Positions 1-9,587 of a DNA stretch of 43,771 bases are shown here, one piece after another. The stretch's first letter is position 1; each line of letters starts with the position of its first letter. A program made the translations under genes and the position numbers. The notes under the pieces were generated by a model. The model saw only the letters and a program-made list of their open reading frames with translations, made no database searches and was not told the origin of the DNA. The stretch lies in the NCBI GenBank assembly GCA_037140195.1, contig JBAXEZ010000003.1, positions 1-43,771 of the forward strand, given 5' to 3'. The DNA is from an archaeon. Lineage in GTDB: Archaea > Nanobdellota > Nanobdellia > Pacearchaeales > GW2011-AR1.

Positions 1-99
1 GTCCATATCATTAATAAAAAGTATAAACTATATAAATTTTACCTTTTTTTAAAAAAAATAGCTCGCAGATTTTATATCTTGTTTTTCTGTGTATTTATC

Positions 100-1257
100 A
101 TGGTAAAACAAAAAACAGCAATATATCCGCTATCTGCGGACCCAGTTCATAACGGGCACATGCAGACAGTAAGAAGAACTGTTGAATCTGGATTTTTCGA
201 CAAACTTTATGTTGCAATAGGCGTAAATCCTTTTAAAAAAACTCTTTTTAATTTAGACGAGAGATTATTTCTAACAAAAAAAGTTGTAGACTCGGCAGGA
301 TTCGGAGATAAAGTTGAAGTTGTATCTTTTGAAGGATTATTAAGAAATTATGCAAGATCACAAGGAATAAATTCTATTGTGCGAAGCTATCGAAACGGAA
401 CGGATGCTGAATATGAGTCTGGTTTAGCAAGCTTCAATGAAGAGTACGGAATAAAAACTTGGCTTCTTCCTGCAGAAAAAGGAAACGTAGAAATAAGCTC
501 TAGCATGGTTCGAGCGGTAGCTTCGGAATTTGGGTTTGTTCAGAATTTGGTTCATCCCGTGGTAAAACAAGCGCTTGAAGAAAAACTTCGCGGAGTAAGT
601 TTAGTCGGTGTAACTGGTTGTATGGGTGCAGGTAAATCTACATTTTGTAAAGGTTTAGTGGATTATTCAAAATCCCATGGAGATACTGAGGTAAGCCACA
701 TAGACTTCGATAAACTTGTTCATACTCTTTATTTTGAAGATACTCCTCTTGGTTTACAAGTCAAGGAAGAAATAAAAGAAAGCTTCGGAGAAGATGTTTT
801 CGCTGGAAAAGAATTGAACAGAAGAAAACTTGCCGGAATAGTCTTCGGAGATAAAGGCAAACGAGATGAACTTTCAAGAATACTTCAAGTGCCTTCAATG
901 ATAAAACTAGAAGAAGAACTGAGAAAAAGAAAAGGCTTCGTTCTAGTAGATGCAGCATATTTCACAGAATATAATATGCTTCCCCTTGTAAACAATAACG
1001 TTATACTAGTTAGTTGCAATGATGATGAAAGATTCAAAAGAGTTTTAGAAAGAGATGGTTTAACTAGAAGTGAAGTAGAAGCAAAAACAAAAGCACAGCA
1101 TAGCGAGGCGGAAAAACGAGAAATAATAAAAAAAGCGCAAGCAGAAAAGAATCATGGATTTTTCTACGAAGTGGACTCTGCAAAAGAAATAGATTATGAA
1201 AAAGTCTTAACTGAACTAAATAATTATTTTCCATTATTCAAACAGGAGGTAAAATAA
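100..1257 (+). CDS. coaD-coaE: Fused phosphopantetheine adenylyltransferase (CoaD) / dephospho-CoA kinase (CoaE)
   Basis: N-half has AIYPLSADPVHNGH (HxGH), NPFKKTLF and ISSSMVR, typical of bacterial CoaD. C-half has the P-loop VGVTGCMGAGKST, LNRRKLAGIVF and R..R..ERDG of CoaE. ATG at 100 is preferred over TTG at 79 (TTTTATAT at 70-77). Confidence 0.85.
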   Translation: MVKQKTAIYPLSADPVHNGHMQTVRRTVESGFFDKLYVAIGVNPFKKTLFNLDERLFLTKKVVDSAGFGDKVEVVSFEGLLRNYARSQGINSIVRSYRNGTDAEYESGLASFNEEYGIKTWLLPAEKGNVEISSSMVRAVASEFGFVQNLVHPVVKQALEEKLRGVSLVGVTGCMGAGKSTFCKGLVDYSKSHGDTEVSHIDFDKLVHTLYFEDTPLGLQVKEEIKESFGEDVFAGKELNRRKLAGIVFGDKGKRDELSRILQVPSMIKLEEELRKRKGFVLVDAAYFTEYNMLPLVNNNVILVSCNDDERFKRVLERDGLTRSEVEAKTKAQHSEAEKREIIKKAQAEKNHGFFYEVDSAKEIDYEKVLTELNNYFPLFKQEVK

Positions 1258-1932
1258 ATGCCTCCTCAATATCTTGCGGAATTTAAGGAACTTCATTTTA
1301 GATGGGATTCTCTAATGAGGGAATTAAAAGAAGGTTTATGCTACGATGCATTTAGTACGGGATACTCTGCTCGTGAAGAGGTTTTTTTAGATCTTTTCAA
1401 AAGCTATTCTGAAAGTCAGCGGTCTTATCATACTCCTACTCATTGGTTAAACTGTTGGAAAGAACTAGACACAGTATTGCCTTTAGTAGAAAATCCTTTC
1501 GCCCTAAAATGGGGATTAGCAGAACACGACTCTGTATACTTTCCAGAAAGAAAAGATAATGAAGAAAAAAGTGTGGAGCAGCTTGTAAAAGATTCAGTAA
1601 GAATAAAATTACCTCAAGATTTGATATTAGCTTCTAAAAAAATAGTCCAAGTAACCGATCACAAAACCCGGCCCTTAACTTTAGATGAATGTTTTGCAGT
1701 AGACATAGACTTATCTATCTTTGGGAAGTCAGAAGAAGTTTTTGATACATACGAAGTCGGAATAAAGAAAGAGTATTCATTTGTAGAAGAGCAGGCATTC
1801 AGATCAGGAAGAGCAAAAGTTCTAAAGTCATTTCTCGAAAGAAAAAGTGTTTACTATACTCCTATATTTAGAGAAAAATATGAAGTTGCGGCTAGAAAAA
1901 ATTTAGAAAGGTCGATTCAAAAACTGACTTAA
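1258..1932 (+). CDS. Predicted HD-superfamily metal-dependent phosphohydrolase (COG4339-like)
   Basis: RSYHTPTH, HDSVY...DNEEKS, DIDLSIFG and AR.NL motifs; GGAGGT upstream; abuts the coaD-coaE stop. Confidence 0.7.
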   Translation: MPPQYLAEFKELHFRWDSLMRELKEGLCYDAFSTGYSAREEVFLDLFKSYSESQRSYHTPTHWLNCWKELDTVLPLVENPFALKWGLAEHDSVYFPERKDNEEKSVEQLVKDSVRIKLPQDLILASKKIVQVTDHKTRPLTLDECFAVDIDLSIFGKSEEVFDTYEVGIKKEYSFVEEQAFRSGRAKVLKSFLERKSVYYTPIFREKYEVAARKNLERSIQKLT

Positions 1933-2013
1933 GGGCCTTTTTCACAAAATTTTCCGATTTTCAAGCAATCTAAGTGTTATGTCTTTCTTTCTATCTCTTC
2001 GATAAAGCAGGAC

Positions 2014-2034
2014 TTAGTGTATGTAAAACAATAT
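2014..2034. promoter_or_regulatory. Putative second NrtR operator
   Basis: TTAGTGTATGTAAAACAATAT has a GT-N7-AC core and aligns with the perfect palindrome at 2060. Confidence 0.55.
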
Positions 2035-2054
2035 AAACCAGCGTCATAGAAACA

Positions 2055-2080
2055 TTTAAATAGTGTATAGTATACACTAT
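2055..2080 (+). promoter_or_regulatory. Archaeal TATA box (TTTAAATA, 2055-2062) overlapped by a 21-bp palindromic NrtR-type operator (2060-2080)
   Basis: ATAGTGTATA-G-TATACACTAT is a perfect inverted repeat with a GT-N7-AC core, upstream of the NAD operon. Confidence 0.75.
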
Positions 2081-2116
2081 GTTAGATAAAACAAGAAATA
2101 AACTAAACAAAAACGA

Positions 2117-2404
2117 ATGAAAAAACAAAAAATGGTAATCACACCAAACCAAGCAAGAGAAAAACCCGGTAAGCAAGACCGAGCCCAATTCAGAGAGCTG
2201 GAAAAAGCAATCGATACTGCTCTTCACGAGGGGAACATGGTTGTTACAGTTATGGGTGGATTGAATCCTCGAGTAAAAGAACAAGTTTTAAACAGATATC
2301 AAGAAGCAGGATGGCAAGTTCAATACACTTTAGATCAGAAAGGCGGAAACTACTTTTACTTTCAGGAACAAAGGAGGCCAATAGGATTTTACAATGGTAA
2401 CTAA
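2117..2404 (+). CDS. Hypothetical protein, first gene after the putative NrtR operator
   Basis: 95-aa ORF downstream of the promoter; no recognised catalytic motif. Confidence 0.6.
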   Translation: MKKQKMVITPNQAREKPGKQDRAQFRELEKAIDTALHEGNMVVTVMGGLNPRVKEQVLNRYQEAGWQVQYTLDQKGGNYFYFQEQRRPIGFYNGN

Positions 2405-2478
2405 CTTTCTAACAGGCACAGGTTTAAATAATCTAGTTCTAAATAAATTTGAAGAGACGAAAAGGGGTACTCAATAAA

Positions 2479-3738
2479 ATGGAAATGCAATTACCCCTAG
2501 CACAAACAGAAGGACCTATAATCACTTCTTTATTAGACATAGACTTTTACAAATTTACAATGGGTCAGTTCGTTTTTCACAGATACGCTGACGTTCCTGT
2601 AAAATACGGATTCAACAACAGAACAAAAAAAGTTAAGTTGGCGGAATTTATAACTGAAGCAGATTTAAGAAAGGAACTAGGTGCGGTACAAGACTTAAGA
2701 CCGACTGAAGCAGAAATTGCTTTTTTACGAAGACAAAAAAATAATGGTCAGCAGTTATTTAATGAGAAATACTTGGACTTTTTCAAGAATGTTCGTTTAC
2801 CTGATTATAAACTTGCAAAGAGAGACGGGCAGTTCGAATTAGAATTTGAAGGTCCTTGGGCAAATACAATCTATTGGGAAACAATCGCACTTTCTGTAAT
2901 GAATGAGTTATACTATCGTGCTATCACTCATGGAATGGATAAGCAAGCAATATACGCCGAAGGAAAAAGAAGACTCGAAGATAAGTTGGAACTACTTGAA
3001 CAAAATCCCTTTGTACGATTCATGGAATTTGGAACTCGAAGAAGATGGGGTAAAGATTGGCAAGAGTATACTATTGTACAGGGCAAAAATAGAGTTCCGA
3101 ATCAGATGGTTGGAACATCAAATACTTATCAAGCAATGAAGCACGACTTAATACCTAAGGGAACAGAAGCTCACGAGCTTTTTATGATACTTGCTGCAAT
3201 AAACGATGGAGATGATGATAGTCTTCGTGCATCTCATCAAAAAGTTTTACGTGAATGGTGGGATGAATACGGTGCCGGCCTATCAATTGCTTTGACAGAT
3301 ACTTTCGGAACAAAATTCTTTTTCGAAGACATGCCTCAAGATTTGGCAGAACAGTATCTCGGATTGAGACAAGACTCTGGGAAGCCGAGAGCTTTTGCAA
3401 ATGGGCAGATTAATTTTTACAACCAAAGAGGGATTGATCCGACAAAAAAAGTATTTTGTCCAAGTGATGGGTTAGACGTCAAAAAAATTATAGACTTGCA
3501 GACTGAATATCGTGGAAGAATTTTGCAGACTGCCGGATGGGGAACAAACTACACAAACGATTTGGGTTTTGATTCTCTATCTTTGGTAATAAAAGCAACA
3601 GAGGCAAACGGACGTGGAACTGTAAAACTAAGCGATAATCCTGCAAAGAGCATGGGAAGTGAAAGAAATGTTGCAAGATACCAAAGAGTATTCGGTTATA
3701 ATCCTGCTGAATATGCGGCAGAGGAGTGTGTTTACTAA
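2479..3738 (+). CDS. pncB: Nicotinate phosphoribosyltransferase
   Basis: SLLDIDFYKFTMGQ, EFGTRRR, GTSN, GTEAHE (phospho-His), ALTDTFG, RQDSG, SDGL and VKLSDNPAK motifs. ATG 2479 preferred; TTTAAATA at 2423-2430. Confidence 0.93.
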   Translation: MEMQLPLAQTEGPIITSLLDIDFYKFTMGQFVFHRYADVPVKYGFNNRTKKVKLAEFITEADLRKELGAVQDLRPTEAEIAFLRRQKNNGQQLFNEKYLDFFKNVRLPDYKLAKRDGQFELEFEGPWANTIYWETIALSVMNELYYRAITHGMDKQAIYAEGKRRLEDKLELLEQNPFVRFMEFGTRRRWGKDWQEYTIVQGKNRVPNQMVGTSNTYQAMKHDLIPKGTEAHELFMILAAINDGDDDSLRASHQKVLREWWDEYGAGLSIALTDTFGTKFFFEDMPQDLAEQYLGLRQDSGKPRAFANGQINFYNQRGIDPTKKVFCPSDGLDVKKIIDLQTEYRGRILQTAGWGTNYTNDLGFDSLSLVIKATEANGRGTVKLSDNPAKSMGSERNVARYQRVFGYNPAEYAAEECVY

Positions 3739-3772
3739 TGGCAATCACAACTAAATTTTTACAGGAGGGAAA

Positions 3773-4513
3773 ATGGTAAAAAGAATAGCACTTTATGAAA
3801 CTGACATCCAGAATGATTTCTCTTTGAGAAGTGGTGCACTATTCGTTCGAGCAAACAAACCAAAAACACATTTGCCCTACGGAGCAGAGGAGAGACTTCC
3901 AAATGTTTTTGCTTTGCACGGACATGCAGATGCAAATAATTGGTTAATGCTTGGTTCTGTAGACAGACACTTTTACGAAGATATGGAGCTAATTCGAAAT
4001 GCTGGTGGTGTTTTTGAAGACCATTGTATGAATGGTACAAAAGGTCAACTAAGACTTCCAGAGCTCGAACCACAGAAAGACATTTACATGAGAAGTAAAG
4101 ATGGTCCGTTTTTAGGGGCAAAAGTTTACACTGAAGCAGAAATGAACACCTACTTAGATGCAGCAGAAAAAGGAATGCACATCATGTTTGAAAAACAAAG
4201 CTACGATGTTGGAACAAATCCTAACTTCGAACCGATGTTCAAAAAAGCAATTGATCTAGGATTAAGAGCCGTTGTTCTTGATGGCTTTGCAACAGACTAT
4301 TGCGACTTGGCAGCAGTTTTGAAGATGGCAGATGTAAAAGAAAAATACTGTCCAGAATTTGGAATATACGTAGTTACTGACGCAATTGAAGCAGTTAATA
4401 TTGATTTCACAGGAAAAGTTGATATGGACTTCGGAAAGAAAGCATTAGATCAAATGGTAGCTCGTGGTGCAAAACTTGTCACAACTAAAGACGTACTGGA
4501 GAACAGAATTTAA
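3773..4513 (+). CDS. pncA: Nicotinamidase (isochorismatase/cysteine hydrolase family)
   Basis: DIQNDF...GAL, DRH, HC..GTKG, FEK and GFATDYC catalytic motifs; adjacent to pncB; AGGAGG SD. Confidence 0.85.
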   Translation: MVKRIALYETDIQNDFSLRSGALFVRANKPKTHLPYGAEERLPNVFALHGHADANNWLMLGSVDRHFYEDMELIRNAGGVFEDHCMNGTKGQLRLPELEPQKDIYMRSKDGPFLGAKVYTEAEMNTYLDAAEKGMHIMFEKQSYDVGTNPNFEPMFKKAIDLGLRAVVLDGFATDYCDLAAVLKMADVKEKYCPEFGIYVVTDAIEAVNIDFTGKVDMDFGKKALDQMVARGAKLVTTKDVLENRI

Positions 4514-4574
4514 ATTAATTTAATATTTCCCTTTTATTTTTCAGGGAATAAAAACTAAACAAATAAAAAACAAA

Positions 4575-5444
4575 ATGAAAATACAAACATTCAATATCGT
4601 AGCAGGAACGACCGCATGTAATGCTAGTTGTCCATTTTGCATATCTAGAATGACTCCTAGCGACGGAGTTAACGAAAGATTACAAAAAATAAACTGGATA
4701 AATTTTAGAAAGGCATGCGAAATGGCAAAGACAAACGGAGTCAATACAGTTTTATTTACAGGAAAGGGTGAACCTCTTTTATTCCCAAATCAGATAACTG
4801 AATTCCTAAAAGAAATGGAGAAGTTCAATTTTCCAATAGTAGAATTACAAACAAATGCACTTGAATTGGGAAGAAACCCTAAAAAATTAAATCCCTACTT
4901 AAAAAAATGGAGAAATCTAGGACTGAATACTTTCGTCCTTTCTATAGTCCATTATAAAGATGATCAGAACAAAAAGATTTATTCGCCTAATACAGAATAT
5001 ATTAATTTAGAGAAGACAATAAAATATTTGCATGAAAAAGGTTTCTAGATTAGACTTAACTGTATAATGATCAAAGGTTTCATAGATAATATTGAGGAAG
5101 TGTTGAATATGGTTGATTTTTGTAAAAAAAATGAAGTTGAGCAATTAACACTAAAGCCGGTAGAAATGTTAAAGAATCAAAATACTCCTCAGGCAAAATG
5201 GGCATTTGAAAATCTAATTCCTATGAAAGTTCAAAAAAAGATTCAATTATTTTTGGAGAAAAAAGGAAATAGATTAAGAACTCTAGATTTTGGAGGAGTA
5301 GTTTATGATCTATATGGGCAAAATGTATGCTTTACCGATTGCCTAACTGGAAGACCTTTTACTGCAGACTTAAGACAGCTAATATTTTTCCCTGACGGAC
5401 ATTTAAGATATTATTGGCAATATCAAGGAGCAATATTACTATGA
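4575..5444 (+). pseudogene. Radical SAM protein interrupted by one in-frame TAG (5046-5048); pseudogene, readthrough or sequence error
   Basis: CNASCPFC (CxxxCxxC) and TGKGEPLL. ORFs 4575-5048 and 5067-5444 are in the same frame (HEKGF*IRLNCIMIKG), giving about 289 aa that ends in an ATGA overlap. Confidence 0.75.
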
Positions 5445-5830
5445 AAGTTGTTTATGTCGGCAATAAACTTGCAAAACAAGTAACTGATTATGGTGGAAAA
5501 ATGGCAGAATTAGAAAATTTATTTAGAGAGACAGATAGCTTGATTAGAATGGCTATGAGAAATAGGTATATCGATGAAAGAGGTGGGAGATTGGACATAA
5601 CTCCGATAGGCATTCCTGAACTGCCTTTTCAGCTAACGGGTAATCCTTGGAAATGTGATAAGGACAGACAGGTTGAAACATACCCTGTAAAAGAAATAAT
5701 TGAATATTTAAAATTACAAGGATGGAATTCAACATATGATTTCGAGGCAGTTAGTATTTCTGCGCCTTGTGAGAACGGAGTTAGAAAAAAGTTACATTAT
5801 CTTTATTTAACTAGCCGGAGGGTTGATTAA
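5441..5830 (+). CDS. Hypothetical protein
   Basis: ATG 5441 overlaps the upstream TGA (ATGA); GGAG upstream. Confidence 0.6.
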   Translation: MKVVYVGNKLAKQVTDYGGKMAELENLFRETDSLIRMAMRNRYIDERGGRLDITPIGIPELPFQLTGNPWKCDKDRQVETYPVKEIIEYLKLQGWNSTYDFEAVSISAPCENGVRKKLHYLYLTSRRVD

Positions 5831-5831
5831 T

Positions 5832-7841
5832 ATGAAAATAGCACTAGCACAAATGAAAGTTGTACCCGCAAGACCCACAATCAACGTAGCTAATATGCTG
5901 AAGAATATTGAAGAAGCAAAAAAACAAGGAGTAGAACTTTTAATATTCCCCGAAATGTGTGTTGGAGGATATCTACTTGGAGACAAATGGACTGATGAAA
6001 ATTTCTGTGAAAACTTAATGTCTTTTAATGAAACTTTAAGACTCGCAACAGATGGAATAGCGATTGCATATGGAAATGTTTTCGTAGATAAAGCGCTTGG
6101 AGAAAGAGTTCAAACTACCATGAGGCATCAAAATAAAGATGGAAGAGTCCGAAAGTATAATGTAGTCTATGTTTTCCAAAATCAAAAGCCGGCAGAAAGA
6201 ATTGTAGAAACTGTAATTTTACCAAAAGGAGTTCAACCAAAGATGCTTCTTCCAACTTATAGAATATTTGATGATGAAAGATATTTTTTATCTTTATCGG
6301 ACGTTGCCAAAGACTTTGGTGTACCTCTAGAAAATATTTCTTATCCATTCAAAATAAAAGCAAAAGAGGGAGAAAGAATAATCGGATTTGAGTTATGCGA
6401 AGATTTATGGTGTGAAGACTACAGAAGAAATAATGCTCCGCAAAATATTACTGAAATATTAATTGAAAACGGAGCAGAGTTAATTATGAATTTATCTTCT
6501 TCTCCCTGGACATATGGAAAGAATAAATCCAGGGATAAACGTGTAGAATTTTTAAGAATAGAGGCTGGAAATAAATTCGTTCCGTTTTTCTATGTAAATT
6601 GTACTGGTGTACAAAATAACGGAAAGAACATAGTCACCTTTGACGGAGGTTCAACCGTTTACAATAATGAAGGTATGCCGGTCTTATTTGCAAAAGCTCC
6701 GTACGAAGAAGAGCTAATTGTAGTAGAAGAAAAAGATTTGGGAAAAGAGGCCCTCCAAAGAGAAGAGAAATCAAAAATAGAACAAAAGTATTATGCCATA
6801 ATCGCTGGAATAAGAGCACTAAAAGAAATGTGGGGGGCAGAGAATTATCCTCCGGTTATAATTGGTTTGAGCGGCGGAATAGATAGTTCTCTAGTTGCAG
6901 CACTTTATGTAAAAGCATACGGCAAAGAAAATATAATCGGAATAAATATGCCTACAAGATATAATAGTAATAAAACAAAAAATGCTGCAAAATATGTAGC
7001 CGAAAAACTTGGGATTACTTACTATGTTTTACCAATTGAAGAACTTGTAGAAGTAAATAATAAACTCCTCCAAAATGCGGATATGCTTGGAAATGGAAAA
7101 AGTCTATCTCCCCTTAATTTAGAGAATATACAAGCAAAAATACGAGGGACATCTATTTTATCGAATGTTGCAGCAAAGTATAACGGAATTTTTACTAATA
7201 ACGGAAATAAACTAGAGACTGCACTAGGCTATGCTACCTTATATGGGGACGTTGGCGGAGAAAGAGCTCCAATTGCAGATTTAACAAAAATAGAAGTGGT
7301 AGAAATGGCAAAATTTGTGAACAAAGAAATATTCGGAGAAGAAATAATTCCAGAAGTTCTTTTGCCAGATGAACTTTGGAGATTCAGAGACGATCAGATC
7401 CAGCCAAGTGCAGAGTTAAAAGATAACCAGATTGATCCTATGAAATTTGTCTACCACTGTGCATTAATCGATATGTTCACAGATTATAAGAAAAAATCTG
7501 CAGAAGAAATAATGCAGGCCTTTATTGATGGTAATTTGCATAAGTTACTTGACTACTATCTGAAAGACATTGTTGAAAAAGAAATAGGCTTAGACTTAAT
7601 GAAAAGATGGAATGTGACCAGTCCAGCAGAGTTCATAAAAGATTTGGAATGGTTTGAACAAACTATTCTGAGAAATGTTTTCAAGAGAGTTCAGGCTCCT
7701 CCGATAATTATCACAAGCAAATCTGCATATGGTTATGATATTAGAGAAAGTATCCTTCCATACGAAGCAACTGCAAAGCATGAAGAGTTAAAGAAAAAGA
7801 TACTAAAAATGGAAAAATATATTCCACTAGGAGAAAAATGA
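5832..7841 (+). CDS. nadE: Glutamine-dependent NAD+ synthetase
   Basis: N-terminal nitrilase domain (FPEM, K.LLP.Y..FDDERYF, CEDLW) and C-terminal synthetase domain (GLSGGIDSS, ENIQAKIRG, NKLE..LGYATLYGD, PSAEL, FKRVQAPP). Confidence 0.95.
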   Translation: MKIALAQMKVVPARPTINVANMLKNIEEAKKQGVELLIFPEMCVGGYLLGDKWTDENFCENLMSFNETLRLATDGIAIAYGNVFVDKALGERVQTTMRHQNKDGRVRKYNVVYVFQNQKPAERIVETVILPKGVQPKMLLPTYRIFDDERYFLSLSDVAKDFGVPLENISYPFKIKAKEGERIIGFELCEDLWCEDYRRNNAPQNITEILIENGAELIMNLSSSPWTYGKNKSRDKRVEFLRIEAGNKFVPFFYVNCTGVQNNGKNIVTFDGGSTVYNNEGMPVLFAKAPYEEELIVVEEKDLGKEALQREEKSKIEQKYYAIIAGIRALKEMWGAENYPPVIIGLSGGIDSSLVAALYVKAYGKENIIGINMPTRYNSNKTKNAAKYVAEKLGITYYVLPIEELVEVNNKLLQNADMLGNGKSLSPLNLENIQAKIRGTSILSNVAAKYNGIFTNNGNKLETALGYATLYGDVGGERAPIADLTKIEVVEMAKFVNKEIFGEEIIPEVLLPDELWRFRDDQIQPSAELKDNQIDPMKFVYHCALIDMFTDYKKKSAEEIMQAFIDGNLHKLLDYYLKDIVEKEIGLDLMKRWNVTSPAEFIKDLEWFEQTILRNVFKRVQAPPIIITSKSAYGYDIRESILPYEATAKHEELKKKILKMEKYIPLGEK

Positions 7842-8599
7842 AAAATCTTAGAATAGATGGAAAGGATGGATGTGAAATAGACTTTGATGTTTTGAAAACT
7901 CTTGATGCAAATGAATGGCAAGAATGGATACATGGGAGACTATTTGGTAGAGATCCCTACGGATTTCCAGTTGGCGGGACTCATGCACATGTAGAACCTT
8001 CTGTATACTTTGGGGAAGTTGCAGATAAGATTCAAGAAGGAGACATTTTTCCAGAGGCTGAAAGAGCAGTTGAAGCTGTTATTGCAAAAGATGGAATGAA
8101 GAGCTCTTCTGGATACACTGATTCAGAATTATTCAGAATAGCTTGTGATGTTACAAGGCCTAATTTAGGCTACAATGCAACAACTGTTCGGGTGGCTAAT
8201 GCGGTTAGGGAAAATAAATATAAAATGATGCCTAAATTTTATAAGGAATCTTATTTAGAAAGTGCAATAGGGTTGCTCATGCACATGCAATCGTTCGAAG
8301 ACAAGCAGTTTAGAGATATTTATTCTAATTTTTTAATACCTGCTACAGAATTAGATAATCCCTTTGGAATTTCTTTAAATTCTTTTCTCGGGCTTCAAGT
8401 TTCATACGACCTTTTTAAGGTAGATGAATTAGCTGTCAAAACTATTTTAGATTCAAATAAAGGGAATGAAAGAAATTTAGAAATTACTTTTAGATGTCTC
8501 GGGGATGTTCTAAAAAGAAAATCTGATTTTTATTTTGATGGACTTAGAGAAAAGGCTAAAAAAAGAGAAGAAGAAAATCAGAGAGGTGATTCAAAATGA
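7838..8599 (+). CDS. Hypothetical protein
   Basis: 253-aa ORF coupled by ATGA overlaps on both sides. Confidence 0.65.
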   Translation: MKNLRIDGKDGCEIDFDVLKTLDANEWQEWIHGRLFGRDPYGFPVGGTHAHVEPSVYFGEVADKIQEGDIFPEAERAVEAVIAKDGMKSSSGYTDSELFRIACDVTRPNLGYNATTVRVANAVRENKYKMMPKFYKESYLESAIGLLMHMQSFEDKQFRDIYSNFLIPATELDNPFGISLNSFLGLQVSYDLFKVDELAVKTILDSNKGNERNLEITFRCLGDVLKRKSDFYFDGLREKAKKREEENQRGDSK

Positions 8600-9156
8600 A
8601 AATCGCACTATTCGGTGGAAGTTTCAATCCAATCCATAACGGGCATTTACAAATTGCAAATAAGTTAGTTGAGAAAAAAGTAGTGGATCAAGTTTGGTTA
8701 CTGCCTTGTGGAAATCACGCATTTAACAAGCAGCTAGAAAGCGGAAAAAATAGAATGGACATGATTTGTTTAGCTATAAAAAATAATCCTTCTGTTAAAG
8801 TGGTTGGAGTAGAGTTAAACGAAACGAAGAAAAGTTTTAGTTCTGAAACTATCTCTTGGTTCAAAAAAGAATTCAATCATGATTTCTTTTGGGTAATTGG
8901 TGCTGATAATTTAAAAGATTTAGACAAATGGCATGATTTTGAATACCTAAAAAATAGCGTTGAATTTATCTTAATTAATAGGCCAGGTTTCGAAATAAAT
9001 AATAATTTAGGAATTAAAATAAAAGAAATTGTTGAAATGCAAAGTGATATCTCTTCGACAAAAATAAGGGAAAATGTTGCGACAGGAAAAGATTTAGTAG
9101 GGCTTGTTCCTGAAGCGGTAGAATCTTTTATCAAAAAGGAGGGTTTATACAAATAA
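8596..9156 (+). CDS. nadD: Nicotinate-nucleotide adenylyltransferase
   Basis: FGGSFNPIHNGH, IGADNL..L.KW and ISSTKIR motifs. Confidence 0.93.
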   Translation: MKIALFGGSFNPIHNGHLQIANKLVEKKVVDQVWLLPCGNHAFNKQLESGKNRMDMICLAIKNNPSVKVVGVELNETKKSFSSETISWFKKEFNHDFFWVIGADNLKDLDKWHDFEYLKNSVEFILINRPGFEINNNLGIKIKEIVEMQSDISSTKIRENVATGKDLVGLVPEAVESFIKKEGLYK

Positions 9157-9587
9157 TGGCGAAAGAATATAAGAATCCTGCAGCGACGGCAACTTTAATT
9201 GTGCAGAGAGAAGATAAGCTTTTACTTATTCAAAGAAAAAATGAACCCTACAAAGATTTTTGGGCTCTGCCCGGCGGTTTTTTAGAATGTGGTAAAGAAA
9301 CTTTAGAAGAGGCAGGAGTTCGTGAACTAGGGGAGGAAACAGGGTTAGTCACAAAAGTAGAAGATTTAATTTTACTTAGGGTAGCTTCTGAACCCGATAG
9401 AGATCCTCGGGGTCACGTAATTGATCATGTCTATGTTGTTTCAAATTATTCTGGCACGGTTGAAGCAAAGGATGACGCAAAAGACTACAAATGGTTTAGT
9501 TTCAATAATTTACCTCCAATTGCCTTTGATCACATTAAAGCAATTAAAATTTACATGGAGAAAGGATACCATTATATTGAAAAATGA
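9156..9587 (+). CDS. Nudix hydrolase (ADP-ribose pyrophosphatase-like)
   Basis: WALPGGF, Nudix box E......RELGEETG, RDPRGH and AFDH. Confidence 0.85.
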   Translation: MAKEYKNPAATATLIVQREDKLLLIQRKNEPYKDFWALPGGFLECGKETLEEAGVRELGEETGLVTKVEDLILLRVASEPDRDPRGHVIDHVYVVSNYSGTVEAKDDAKDYKWFSFNNLPPIAFDHIKAIKIYMEKGYHYIEK

